Part shown: positions 1-8,645 of the stretch, piece by piece | Layout: each line of letters opens with the position of its first letter | Position numbering within the stretch: the first letter of the stretch is position 1 | Assembly: GCA_036507075.1 (NCBI GenBank) | Contig: DASXQR010000190.1 | Span: 1-20,604, forward strand | Length of the DNA: 20,604 bases | Direction: 5' to 3' | From: Acidobacteriota bacterium | Lineage (GTDB): Bacteria; Acidobacteriota; UBA6911; JACQSX01 | Notes under the pieces: generated by a model | Database searches by the model: none | The model's input: only the letters and a program-made list of their open reading frames with translations | What the model was told of the DNA's origin: nothing | Made by a program: the position numbers and the translations under genes

Positions 1-34
1 GACAAGGATTAAACGAATTGTCGGTGCGGCGGCT

Positions 35-150
35 GTCGCCCGCCTGAAAAAGCGGGCGGGCTTTATCTTATCAGAGAGCCGCAATTCCCACGGCTGCGCT
101 TCGCTGCGCCGTGGGCTACAGGCTGGCGCCCGCCAAAAGGCGGCGGGCTG
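35..150. repeat. Cluster of three GC-rich REP-like hairpins
   Basis: Stems CGCCCGC(37-43)/GCGGGCG(52-58), CCCACGGC(87-94)/GCCGTGGG(108-115) and GCCCGCC(128-134)/GGCGGGC(142-148). The first and third stems are copies of the same motif. No credible ORF here. Confidence 0.6.
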
Positions 151-354
151 GTGATCCACGGCTATTTAACTAATCGCCTTCTCGCAATCCCAAGCACTAA
201 TTTGGACAGGCGTGCACGTTGACGTAATCGGCTTTTATCGTTTCTGAAAAATCTTGTCGAAAAAACAAGAAGTTGCCAACTTGTTACACAGCTGGCAGTG
301 CGCCAAAACGGACGGTGATCGGTCTTGTCTTCTGAAATCCTCTTTCACGCCTTG

Positions 355-882
355 CTAAATCCCCAGTCCCTCATGAAACTGCGGCGTGTAGTTGGGGTGC
401 CATCTTCCAAAGTTACGATTGTGAAGGTTGAATACCCGCATGTCGCCCAGTGGCGGTATGTAAAAGTGCACTGTGACCAGCGGCTTTCCGCCCCCCTGAA
501 GATTCGACATCTGATGAATATCATCCGCTTCGGCAACCGAGGCATCCCCCGCATGAAGATCGCGGCTCTCGGCGGGCCGCAGATAGCCGGATGGTGTGAG
601 CTTGAAGGAATCTTCCGCCATTACTCCGTCGTACACCAGATCGACTCCGCACGAGCCGCCATGGTCGTGAATCGGGCTCCGCTGGCCGTCTTTCCAGCAC
701 AACACCAGAATTTCAAAGCCGGCCTCCTTAACCACCAGATTTCGGGTATACCCGTTGTCAGAAAAGCGGATGTACGGCCGAATTTCATCGTGAGGAATTC
801 TGAGGCTTTCTATTTGACGCGCCAGAGATTGAATATCGGCTCCGGCCTTTATCGCTTCGATTATTGGCACAAGACACTGCAA
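355..882 (-). CDS. Cysteine dioxygenase family protein (CDO type I, cupin)
   Basis: YTRNLV (conserved Arg), LCWxxGQxSPIHDH (two Fe-ligand His), IHQM (third His), TVHFY (S/T-x-H-x-Y outer sphere). TTG start preceded by GAGGTGA SD. Confidence 0.88.
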   Translation of the reverse strand: MQCLVPIIEAIKAGADIQSLARQIESLRIPHDEIRPYIRFSDNGYTRNLVVKEAGFEILVLCWKDGQRSPIHDHGGSCGVDLVYDGVMAEDSFKLTPSGYLRPAESRDLHAGDASVAEADDIHQMSNLQGGGKPLVTVHFYIPPLGDMRVFNLHNRNFGRWHPNYTPQFHEGLGI

Positions 883-956
883 TCAGTCACCTCATGCGGA
901 AATAGAACAAACTGCGAAACCTCAGTGCCCAAAAAAGTCCTGATAACATTTTATGC

Positions 957-982
957 TTTCGCGCCTTCGCGCCTTCGCGGTT
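957..982. repeat. Octamer tandem repeat (CTTCGCGC)x3, single arm
   Basis: tttcgcgc-cttcgcgc-cttcgcgg-tt, about 15 nt downstream of the DUF1501 stop codon. Confidence 0.6.
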
Positions 983-996
983 GGGTTTGACAAGTG

Positions 997-2436
997 CTAG
1001 GCTAATACTTTCGTCACCAGATTTCCTTCAACATCCGTAAGCCGAAACTCCCGCCCCTGGAAGCGATAAGTCAGCCTCGTGTGATCCAGTCCCATCAGGT
1101 GCAGGATGGTTGCATGCAAATCATGAACGTCCACCCGGTCTATGACGGCGTTGTAGCCGAGTTCATCGGTTGCGCCCAGTGAGAATCCCTTTTTCACGCC
1201 CGCGCCCGCCATCCAGATGGAAAAAGCCTTGGGATGATGGTCGCGGCCAAGGAATGTGGAGTTGTTTCTCTTTTCGTTCATCGGAGTGCGGCCGAATTCT
1301 CCACCCCAGATGACCAGAGTGCTGTCCAGCAGCCCGCGCTGCTTCAGGTCTCTGATTAGAGCCGCCGATGACTGATCGGTTTCTTTGCAGCGCTTGGGAA
1401 GCGCGTTGATGATGTCGGTATCTTTCGATGTTCCGTGCGTGTCCCATCCCCAGTGGTAGAGCTGAACGAAACGCACTCCCCGCTCCACCAGCCTTCGTGC
1501 CAGCAGGCAGTTGTTTGCAAATGAGACCTTCCCTGGTTCGGTGCCGTACATCCGGTGCACCGACTCGGGCTCTTTGGAGATGTCGGTAAGCTCGGGGACG
1601 CTGCTTTGCATGCGGTATGCCATTTCGCACGCCGCGATGCGGGTGGAGATTTCCGGATCTCCCACCTTGTCCATTTGCATCTGGTTCAACTCGCGCAACG
1701 CATCGAGAGAGCGGCGGCGCACGTCACTGCCGATTCCAGGGGGATTGGAAACGTACAGAACGGGATCGCTCTGCGATCGCAATTCAACTCCCTGATAAAC
1801 TGAGGGCAAAAACCCGCTGCTCCAGCACGACTTGCCTCCGTCCGGCTGCTTGCCCGAAACCAGCACGACAAAACCAGGCAGGTCCTTATTCTCGGTTCCG
1901 AGCCCGTAGGTCAGCCACGAGCCCATGCTCGGCCGGCCGATCAACTGATGTCCGGTATTCATGAAAATTTGTGCCGGAGCATGGTTGAACTGATCAGTGT
2001 GCATCGATTTGATGATCGTGATCTCGTCGACCACTTCCCGCAAGTAAGGCAAAAGGCTCGATAGCTCCAACCCCGATTGCCCGCACTTCTTGAAAGCGTG
2101 CGGAGATCCGAGGATCTCCGGCACGTCTTTGATAAAAGCGAAACGCTCTCCCTTTATGATCTCCTCAGGAATCTTCCTCTCATTCCACTCATTTAGTTTC
2201 GGCTTGTAATCGAACAAATCCAATTGCGACGGAGCGCCGGCCATGAAAAGATAAATGATGTTCTTTACTCTGGCCGGAAAGTGCGGCGCCCGGGGCATCA
2301 TGGGATTTGGAGTCTGCGCCTCCAGCACTCCTTCATTGAGCAGCGACGAAAGGGCCAGCGCTCCTATTCCGAAGCCTGTGCTCCTGAAAAAATGCCTGCG
2401 TGTGATTTCCTTTAGGATCTCGTTGTCATTGCTCAT
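997..2436 (-). CDS. DUF1501 domain-containing protein (Tat-exported, alkaline-phosphatase/sulfatase-like fold)
   Basis: Twin-Arg TRRHFF plus hydrophobic stretch. Family motifs [86 protein letters not shown]. Confidence 0.93.
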   Translation of the reverse strand: MSNDNEILKEITRRHFFRSTGFGIGALALSSLLNEGVLEAQTPNPMMPRAPHFPARVKNIIYLFMAGAPSQLDLFDYKPKLNEWNERKIPEEIIKGERFAFIKDVPEILGSPHAFKKCGQSGLELSSLLPYLREVVDEITIIKSMHTDQFNHAPAQIFMNTGHQLIGRPSMGSWLTYGLGTENKDLPGFVVLVSGKQPDGGKSCWSSGFLPSVYQGVELRSQSDPVLYVSNPPGIGSDVRRRSLDALRELNQMQMDKVGDPEISTRIAACEMAYRMQSSVPELTDISKEPESVHRMYGTEPGKVSFANNCLLARRLVERGVRFVQLYHWGWDTHGTSKDTDIINALPKRCKETDQSSAALIRDLKQRGLLDSTLVIWGGEFGRTPMNEKRNNSTFLGRDHHPKAFSIWMAGAGVKKGFSLGATDELGYNAVIDRVDVHDLHATILHLMGLDHTRLTYRFQGREFRLTDVEGNLVTKVLA

Positions 2437-2476
2437 CTTGATTCCTCAATAACTACTGAATTCCTGGCTGAAGCTT

Positions 2477-2543
2477 TCACCACAGAGACACAGAGTGAAG
2501 GGTGCTCATTCGTTGCTCCGTGTCCTCTGTGCCTCTGTGGTGA
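2477..2543. repeat. Inverted octamer-periodic repeat (possible hairpin or small non-autonomous element)
   Basis: TCACCACAGAGACACAGAG (2477-2495) versus CTCTGTGCCTCTGTGGTGA (2525-2543): 18/19 reverse-complement match, intergenic. Confidence 0.75.
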
Positions 2544-2570
2544 GGAGTTTCATTCGTATTTCTGCGGCCC

Positions 2571-5500
2571 CTAACCGATATTCAGCGTCTCATCCAGATT
2601 CAACAAAACATTGGCCACGATCGTCCACGCTGCGAAATCAGAGGGGTCTACCCCGGCCGGCGGCTTGATATCGCCTTCCCCTGCGAGCCGGCGCGCGGCC
2701 CTGGCATCATTTCGGTAATGCTGCAATTCCTGCTTGTAAAGTGAGACCAGGCGCCCCAACTCTTTTGCGTCGGGCGCTCGCGCGACACAGATTCGAAAGC
2801 CGTAGATCACGCGTCGTTCGATCTCCGTTCTTCCACCGATCGCGGCGTCGAACGCATCGCCGATGGCTGCTTTTGTGGCGGTACCAGAGTTGGTCTTTCC
2901 GGAATCCGAAGACGGACGATCCAGCGTAATCATCCTTCCAGCCAATCCGCGCGCCGCATCGACGAAAACCGGATCGTTGAGCGTGGTAAGCGACTGCAGC
3001 GGCGTATTTGTTCGAATCCGGGCAGTGCAGGTTGTTTCGCGGCTTGTCGCGTCAAAGGAAAGAAATGAGGGGTACGGAGCCGTGCGGCGCAGGAACGTGT
3101 ACAAGCCGCGCCGGTACCGGTTCTCGCCGTCGCTGGCCACCCACTTATCGTCGTTGTAGACGAGATTCCAGATGCCTTCGGGCTGCGGGGGAAACACGCT
3201 GGGCCCGTACATTTTCGAGCTCAGGATTCCGCCGATCGCCAGAGCATTGTCCCGCGTAAATTCCGCGTCGAGGCGAAATCTGGGACCCCGCGAGATCAGC
3301 CGGTTGTACGGGTCCGCTTCGAGTAATTCGGGTGTGACGCTGGAATTCTGGCGGTAAGCGGCCGATGTAACAATCATCCGGTGCATCGCCTTCATGCTCC
3401 ATCGCAGTCGTGTAAACTCGGTAGCCAGCCAGTCAAGGAGCGCGGGATTTGTAGGAGGCTGGCCGCGCGTTCCGAAATCTTCAGGAGTCTCCACCAGGCC
3501 GCGTCCGAAATGGATCATCCAGAACCGGTTCATGGTGACCCGCGCCACCAGCGGATTGTTCTCATCCACCAGCCAGTTGGCCAGGGCCAGCCGATTGAGC
3601 GGCCGCCCCTCGGGAAGCTTGTGCAGCACCGACGGGACAGCAGGCGTAACTTGTTTTCCGGGGCTGAGAAAATTTCCACGGACCTGAACATACGTACTTC
3701 TTGCCTTGGGCAGTTCCTTCATGACCAACGTCGTGGGAGAACTCAGCTCGTTCCATGCAGCCCGCGCCTGTGCCAATCGCTCGCGAAGGTCCTGCAGCAG
3801 AGGAGTTACGGAACGGAAGTACTTTGCCAGGCTGGAAGTCTGTTCTCTGGATCGCGCAGCTTGTGGAAGAACAAGTATCGCCGCAACATCCGGCGGCACT
3901 CCGACGCTCTTTTCAGGGTTTGCCGCCGTGGTTATCGAAAGTCGGAACCTGCCCAGCAACTCCTGTGACAAAGGAGACTCCTGTTTCAGCCGGATGGTCA
4001 GCAGCGTGCCTCCCTCGTAACCAAAGGGCTGTTTTGCGGTGAACGCGGCGTGATGGGAGGTGCGAATGTCCTCTTTGTCCGCCTCCACGCTCCAGCCCTT
4101 GTTGCTGTCTCCAGTGATCAGGTCCTTAATGTTGTAACCTTTCCCCGAATAATCCGCAGCCGCGGCAGAGAAGAGCACCTGCGTTTTTTTCGGCTGCTCC
4201 GAGCTGCTGGATTTTGAAGAGCCTGCGGTGTCCGGCGCTGGTGCAGAAACAGCGTCAACGGGCGAAGCCTCTACTTCAAAACCAGTGAGGACAAAACGGC
4301 CGCCAGGACTGCGCCCGGATCCTCCATGCGGCAGGCTCGGATCGGTCAGCGCATCGATCTTGATCCCGGTGATGTTCTTCAGAACAGTTCGGGCTTTCAC
4401 AATGTACGTGTCGCGATCGGGCAGGTGTCCGCCGGCAAGCACAGAGCCGTCTTCAAGCCTGGTAAAGGTGGCGCCGCCGGCGGATATGACCGGGACAGGA
4501 ACAAGCGGGGTCCAGGTCACCAGCCTGGCGCGAGTTTCGCGCTCCCATTTCGCCTGAGCCGCCTGGATCTGGGGTGTCATTTCCGAGACAACCCCCTCAA
4601 GCTCCGCGATTTCATCTTCCAACGCCCGGCGGTGGGAAGAAAGATACGCCGGCGAAGAGTATGTCACGGTCGGACCGCCGGACCTTCGTTCTGTTCGCTG
4701 CTCGATCGTGACTTCGTCTTCGGTGCCGTTGAAAAAGGAGTAAAACTGATAGTACTCCTCCTGCGTGAAGGGATCGAATTTGTGATTGTGGCAGCGCGCG
4801 CAAGCCAAAGTGGTACCAAGCCAAACAAATGCGGTAGTGTCAACGCGATCGACCACGGCCGCGACGCGATACTCTTCTGGATCGGTTCCTCCTTCTTCAT
4901 TGATCATGGAATTTCGATGAAAGCCGGTGGCGATTTTCTGCTGCAGCGTGGAATCGGCGAGCAGGTCGCCCGCAATCTGCTCGACAGTAAAACGGTTGAA
5001 CGGCATGTCCGTGTTCAGCGCCTGGATCACCCAGTCCCGGAACAGCCAGATGCTTCGACGCCGGTCCTTCTCATATCCATGGGTATCGGCGTAGCGCGCC
5101 AAATCGAGCCAGGGAACTGCCCAACGTTCACCGTAATGCGGCGAGGCCAGCAGCCGGTCCACCAGCTTGTCATAGGCACCGGGACTGGTGTCGGCCAGAA
5201 AGGCATCGACTTCCGCCGGTGAAGGCGGCAGTCCGACCAGGTCGAGGCTCAGCCGGCGGATCAAAGTTTCCCTGGAAGCCTCCGGTCGAGGCCGCAGCCC
5301 CTTCTCTTCCAGCGCGGCGAGAATGAAGTAGTCGATCGGATTTCGCGGCCAGGATTTGTCCCGCACGTTTGGAAGCACGGGGCGTACCGGTTTGTTGTAG
5401 GCCCAATGCCTTTTTTCTTCACCGACGCTGAGGCCGGCGGTTTCAGGCCATTCTGCTCCCTGATTAATCCATGCGCGTATCGATTCGATCTGCTCGGGGC

Positions 5501-5846
5501 CTAGTTTATCCGCCTCCAGTGGCATTTGCTCCAAACCGTTCATTCCGGTGACACGTTGATAAAGAAGACTCTGATCCGCTTTTCCCGGAACAATGGTGGG
5601 GCCTGATTTTGATCCTCCAAACACGCTTTGCCTTGAATCGAGACGCAAGCGGGCCATCTGCTTGGCCGGGCCATGGCAGGAGTAACATCGCGCGGCAAAA
5701 ATCGGCTGGATGTCGGAAACGAAATGCAGCTTTCGAACCTGCTGGGCGGCCGACACAGGCGCGGAATAATGTTGAGACAGGAAGGCCACGGCAAGGGCTG
5801 TAATGCTTGAAAAAATACCGAGTCGGGCGCGTAGGAACATTTTCAA
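2571..5846 (-). CDS. PSD1 and planctomycete cytochrome c domain-containing protein (PSCyt1 + DUF1549 + DUF1553)
   Basis: Signal peptide. IQPIFAARCYSCHG and LACARCHNHKFDP haem-c CxxCH motifs, NPIDYFI, LIRRLSLDLVGLPP, YGERWAVPWLDLARYADT, NPLVARVTMNRFW, TNTPLQSLTTLND, C-terminal ANVLLNLDE. The start may be ATG 5840 rather than TTG 5846. Confidence 0.93.
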   Translation of the reverse strand: MKMFLRARLGIFSSITALAVAFLSQHYSAPVSAAQQVRKLHFVSDIQPIFAARCYSCHGPAKQMARLRLDSRQSVFGGSKSGPTIVPGKADQSLLYQRVTGMNGLEQMPLEADKLGPEQIESIRAWINQGAEWPETAGLSVGEEKRHWAYNKPVRPVLPNVRDKSWPRNPIDYFILAALEEKGLRPRPEASRETLIRRLSLDLVGLPPSPAEVDAFLADTSPGAYDKLVDRLLASPHYGERWAVPWLDLARYADTHGYEKDRRRSIWLFRDWVIQALNTDMPFNRFTVEQIAGDLLADSTLQQKIATGFHRNSMINEEGGTDPEEYRVAAVVDRVDTTAFVWLGTTLACARCHNHKFDPFTQEEYYQFYSFFNGTEDEVTIEQRTERRSGGPTVTYSSPAYLSSHRRALEDEIAELEGVVSEMTPQIQAAQAKWERETRARLVTWTPLVPVPVISAGGATFTRLEDGSVLAGGHLPDRDTYIVKARTVLKNITGIKIDALTDPSLPHGGSGRSPGGRFVLTGFEVEASPVDAVSAPAPDTAGSSKSSSSEQPKKTQVLFSAAAADYSGKGYNIKDLITGDSNKGWSVEADKEDIRTSHHAAFTAKQPFGYEGGTLLTIRLKQESPLSQELLGRFRLSITTAANPEKSVGVPPDVAAILVLPQAARSREQTSSLAKYFRSVTPLLQDLRERLAQARAAWNELSSPTTLVMKELPKARSTYVQVRGNFLSPGKQVTPAVPSVLHKLPEGRPLNRLALANWLVDENNPLVARVTMNRFWMIHFGRGLVETPEDFGTRGQPPTNPALLDWLATEFTRLRWSMKAMHRMIVTSAAYRQNSSVTPELLEADPYNRLISRGPRFRLDAEFTRDNALAIGGILSSKMYGPSVFPPQPEGIWNLVYNDDKWVASDGENRYRRGLYTFLRRTAPYPSFLSFDATSRETTCTARIRTNTPLQSLTTLNDPVFVDAARGLAGRMITLDRPSSDSGKTNSGTATKAAIGDAFDAAIGGRTEIERRVIYGFRICVARAPDAKELGRLVSLYKQELQHYRNDARAARRLAGEGDIKPPAGVDPSDFAAWTIVANVLLNLDETLNIG

Positions 5847-6880
5847 TCTTTCAACCTTGAATCCGCAATCGATTTATCGGTCTGCACCACTTCGAAATCT
5901 TTGCCTTTGACGCGGTTCAGCGCGTCCAGTCCCTGCAGGCGGCGATCAGGCGCAATCGACATCAGCCAGTCGCTGCCATTATCAGCCACGAACATTCCGT
6001 ACTTCTTCAACCCCTTAAGAATCGCTTGAGCATGCGGCGGAAAAGCACTGATGTCGAAATCCTTTCGCAAGCGCAAGCGCTCACCCATGCGAGGGACGTT
6101 GGTGTCGGTGATGCGACTGGCAAAGTGTCTTGCCGGATAAGCGTAAGCCCGTCTTGTCTTTCGGACCGTAAACCGCGTCGCGTGCCGCACCATGCCGCTC
6201 CGGCATTCATCGTAGCGAACAACAGACGGAAAGATCGGCAATCCCGCGGCATCCGCCGAGGTCCATCCCTCCGGCCGAAGCTTGTTGCTCTTCAGATCGA
6301 AGATTGAAGCCTGAGCTGCGGTCCAGCCGGCATCGGTTTTACGCATTATGTAAAACTCATAAAGCATTCGATTGACTGGATCCACCACCAGGCAATGACG
6401 ATCGCCCGAGCCGTTGCGCTGAATATCCCCCAGCGTCGCCCCTGGCCGGGGCAGGGCCTTCACATCTTCATTTCGGGCCAGCGGCCAGTTTTCAATGGGC
6501 GCATTGTCGGGAACCGGATAAGGGCCCTTATCGGATTCATCTGGATACATGTTGATCAGTACATCGACCTTTTTCTGATCGGGAGGAACCAATATGAAGT
6601 TCATATCCAGGTTGTAATCCAGCGGTTTTTCGGCTCCGATGGAAGCAATTATGGCAGGCGAGTCTGGGAACACCGGAAGGCTCGAGATATCTTCGTTCCA
6701 GGGATTGTCGGGTGGAAAAACCTGAAGGCCTGAAAGTATTCGGTCTGCTTCAGCGGTGTCGAACATGACCGGCTTGGTGATCAGGGGCCCCCCAGCCTTT
6801 TGGCGGGCAGTCGCAGGTATCAGTATGGCGCAGATACCGGCAAAAAAGACAAGTGACAAACTAGGCCCGCGCGGCCGCAT
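5843..6880 (-). CDS. Uncharacterised secreted protein
   Basis: 345 aa with GGGGAGG SD and N-terminal signal peptide. Conserved-looking blocks FPPDNPWN, GDRH, LYE, TSADAAGLP, RHATRFT, YGMFVADNG. Stop codon overlaps or abuts the start of the PSD1 gene. Confidence 0.8.
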   Translation of the reverse strand: MRPRGPSLSLVFFAGICAILIPATARQKAGGPLITKPVMFDTAEADRILSGLQVFPPDNPWNEDISSLPVFPDSPAIIASIGAEKPLDYNLDMNFILVPPDQKKVDVLINMYPDESDKGPYPVPDNAPIENWPLARNEDVKALPRPGATLGDIQRNGSGDRHCLVVDPVNRMLYEFYIMRKTDAGWTAAQASIFDLKSNKLRPEGWTSADAAGLPIFPSVVRYDECRSGMVRHATRFTVRKTRRAYAYPARHFASRITDTNVPRMGERLRLRKDFDISAFPPHAQAILKGLKKYGMFVADNGSDWLMSIAPDRRLQGLDALNRVKGKDFEVVQTDKSIADSRLKD

Positions 6881-6984
6881 AGATTTCCTCCCCGATCTGA
6901 TCTAAAGAGTAATACGCCGGGCGACTGCGGCGCAACCACAGGCGCATGAAATGCGGGGATAACGGCACCCCGAGAGCGGCGACC

Positions 6985-7117
6985 GGAGTTTGGACATTTG
7001 TGCGGAGAGACGGCCTGAGGGCCGTCTCAGGGAGTGTCGCAGGTTTGCCCCTGCCATGGACTTCGCCCGAGACGGCCATCGGGCCGTCTCTCCAACTCTC
7101 AAAAATGTCCAAACTCC
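6985..7117. mobile_element. MITE/REPIN-like element: 15-bp terminal inverted repeats enclosing two inverted REP-like hairpins
   Basis: GGAGTTTGGACATTT (6985-6999) / AAATGTCCAAACTCC (7103-7117) is a perfect IR. Inner hairpins GAGACGGCC-tgag-GGCCGTCTC (7007-7028) and GAGACGGCC-atcg-GGCCGTCTC (7069-7090). No target-site duplication visible. Confidence 0.7.
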
Positions 7118-7147
7118 TGGCAGGCATGACTCTGCTTTAAAAATTCT

Positions 7148-7164
7148 TACGCGAATTTATGCAA
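7148..7164. repeat. Copy 1 of 17-bp repeat TACGCGAATTTAyGCAA (operator-like or att-like)
   Basis: 16/17 identical to 8992-9008, same orientation. Both copies are followed by GAGCA 2-3 nt later and preceded by an A run. Confidence 0.6.
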
Positions 7165-7171
7165 CCGAGCA

Positions 7172-7894
7172 CTAGGATTGAGAGACCAGACGGGCCTGAA
7201 TGATATAGCGCCTGGGAGCGTGACCCACGTAATAAAAGGGATAGCAAGTTACCAGGGTCAGTGATGGTTTCGTCTTGGCCTTCAGGACGGAAACATCGCT
7301 TGGTTTGACAATGCTGATTTGCTGCACTTTGTACCGATAGATGGTCTGTGGCGTTTCCACAACAATCCAGGCGTTCCTTGTTACATTCTTAAGTTTTCGA
7401 AATGACCGATCCCGATGGCCCGCGATCGCCATGTTCCCCGGCTCTCCCGGATATGCTGTGCCCTCAATATGACCTGCTCCGCGCTGAAGAACCCATTCCT
7501 TTGTTCCGTCCAGCACCATGACGGAAAGGCCAACGGAGGGGATTTGCAGTCTGGCGATCCGCGCGCCCTGCTCGCGCTTTTGGCTTTGCGGGGCAGTCAA
7601 AACCTTCACTTCGGCGGGACTGTCGTACGGACCGGAATCGGCAGTTCTAGCTGCGGCAGTTTTGGCGCCAGTCACCTGCAGGGTTCCCGGCGAAGTTATT
7701 CGCCCGCTGTGCTCCAGTGACTGATCGAATGCCCAGTTGTCGTAAGCTGAACCGAGATAAGAATACAACAGCGTGGCGGCACAAACAGCGAGGACCAGCA
7801 GCCCGGTAAATGTAAGAAAGCGCCCGCAGATCACGAGTGTCGACCTTCGACGATAATGAGAAGGTACTGGAGCGCAGTGTCTCATGTGCGACAA
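7172..7894 (-). CDS. Sortase (class D-like)
   Basis: N-terminal TM anchor. GAGHIEGTAYPGEPGNMAIAGHRD (catalytic His), LTLVTCYPF (catalytic Cys), PRRYII (Arg). Start uncertain (TTG 7894 or ATG 7885). Confidence 0.92.
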   Translation of the reverse strand: MSHMRHCAPVPSHYRRRSTLVICGRFLTFTGLLVLAVCAATLLYSYLGSAYDNWAFDQSLEHSGRITSPGTLQVTGAKTAAARTADSGPYDSPAEVKVLTAPQSQKREQGARIARLQIPSVGLSVMVLDGTKEWVLQRGAGHIEGTAYPGEPGNMAIAGHRDRSFRKLKNVTRNAWIVVETPQTIYRYKVQQISIVKPSDVSVLKAKTKPSLTLVTCYPFYYVGHAPRRYIIQARLVSQS

Positions 7895-7896
7895 GG

Positions 7897-7930
7897 TAAA
7901 GGAGCCGGATCCGTGAATCCGATCCGGCTC
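7897..7930 (-). terminator. Stem-loop between substrate and sortase genes (weak intrinsic terminator or stabiliser)
   Basis: GAGCCGGATC (7902-7911)/GATCCGGCTC (7921-7930) is a perfect 10-bp stem with a 9-nt loop, followed on the minus strand only by CUUUA. Confidence 0.55.
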
Positions 7931-7955
7931 TATACCGCTATAAACGACGTGCCGC

Positions 7956-8645
7956 TTATAGCGCGTATCTTATAACAGCGCGGATTCCGATCCCTGCCGT
8001 TAGAGCCAACACACCAAACAAGGCAAAGACAGGCAGTGGGCTGGCCGTCTGCGGAAGCTCGGTCGTGGTCGCTGCCACCTGTTCCGTTGGTGCAGGCTGT
8101 TCAGCTACAGGCGCAGGAGGCACAACGGTTTCTGCCGGCTTGGTTACCGTGACAGTCTCCGTCTCCGTGGTCACCGGCTTGCTGATCTGCGTTTCCATCT
8201 CCTCAGTCAGGACCGGCACATGCTGGTTGTTCATCACGGCCGCCGTCTCAATCCGAGTCACCTCGGGCCGACGATAGGCAAACTCCTGGCCGAAGTTATC
8301 GCCCGGATAAAACCAGGCGCGTAGCGCTACGGGAGCGCCTTTCGGTGCTTCCCAGAAGCCGAACTCAGTTTTGCCTTTGGGTTCCAGCCGGTAGTTGGGA
8401 ATTGCCAGGATTGTGGTGATCAGATGATTTTCATCCGCGTTCCAAATCTGAACGATATGTCGATTTGAAGGCGAATCCATCAGTTTCATTACGTACTTTC
8501 CCGGTTGCAGGACAGCTCCCGGAACTTTAAGCGGTTCGTTAATTGTTAGAATCGTCTTCTTGTTCCAGGTATCTGCCAGTCCCACGCAGGCCAGGGCGAT
8601 AGCGAGTAATGCGAAGATCGCTACGGTTCTGCTTTTCATAATCAT
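7956..8645 (-). CDS. Secreted protein with C-terminal LPxTG-like (LPQTA) sortase sorting signal
   Basis: GAGG SD, signal peptide ending VGLA, globular domain, Pro/Thr/Ala/Glu-rich stalk, then ELPQTAS + hydrophobic helix + basic tail (IRAVIR). Directly upstream of the sortase. Confidence 0.88.
   Translation of the reverse strand: MIMKSRTVAIFALLAIALACVGLADTWNKKTILTINEPLKVPGAVLQPGKYVMKLMDSPSNRHIVQIWNADENHLITTILAIPNYRLEPKGKTEFGFWEAPKGAPVALRAWFYPGDNFGQEFAYRRPEVTRIETAAVMNNQHVPVLTEEMETQISKPVTTETETVTVTKPAETVVPPAPVAEQPAPTEQVAATTTELPQTASPLPVFALFGVLALTAGIGIRAVIRYAL

Noticed and set aside
284..306. Possible sigma54 promoter on the minus strand (TTGGCGC...CAGC)
   Set aside because: GG-N10-GC spacing fits, but the -12 element lacks TTGC and no target gene is visible in the window.
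325..990. 221-aa plus-strand ORF
   Set aside because: Antisense shadow of the cysteine dioxygenase, with no recognisable motifs.
4326..5222. 298-aa plus-strand ORF and other long ORFs overlapping the large genes
   Set aside because: Antisense or alternate-frame shadows typical of GC-rich coding DNA; the opposite frame has clear family motifs.
6861..7175. Several 60-90 aa ORFs and a possible riboswitch/ncRNA
   Set aside because: The ORFs run through the palindromic element with no coding signal. The structure is explained by TIR plus REP symmetry and matches no riboswitch I recognise.
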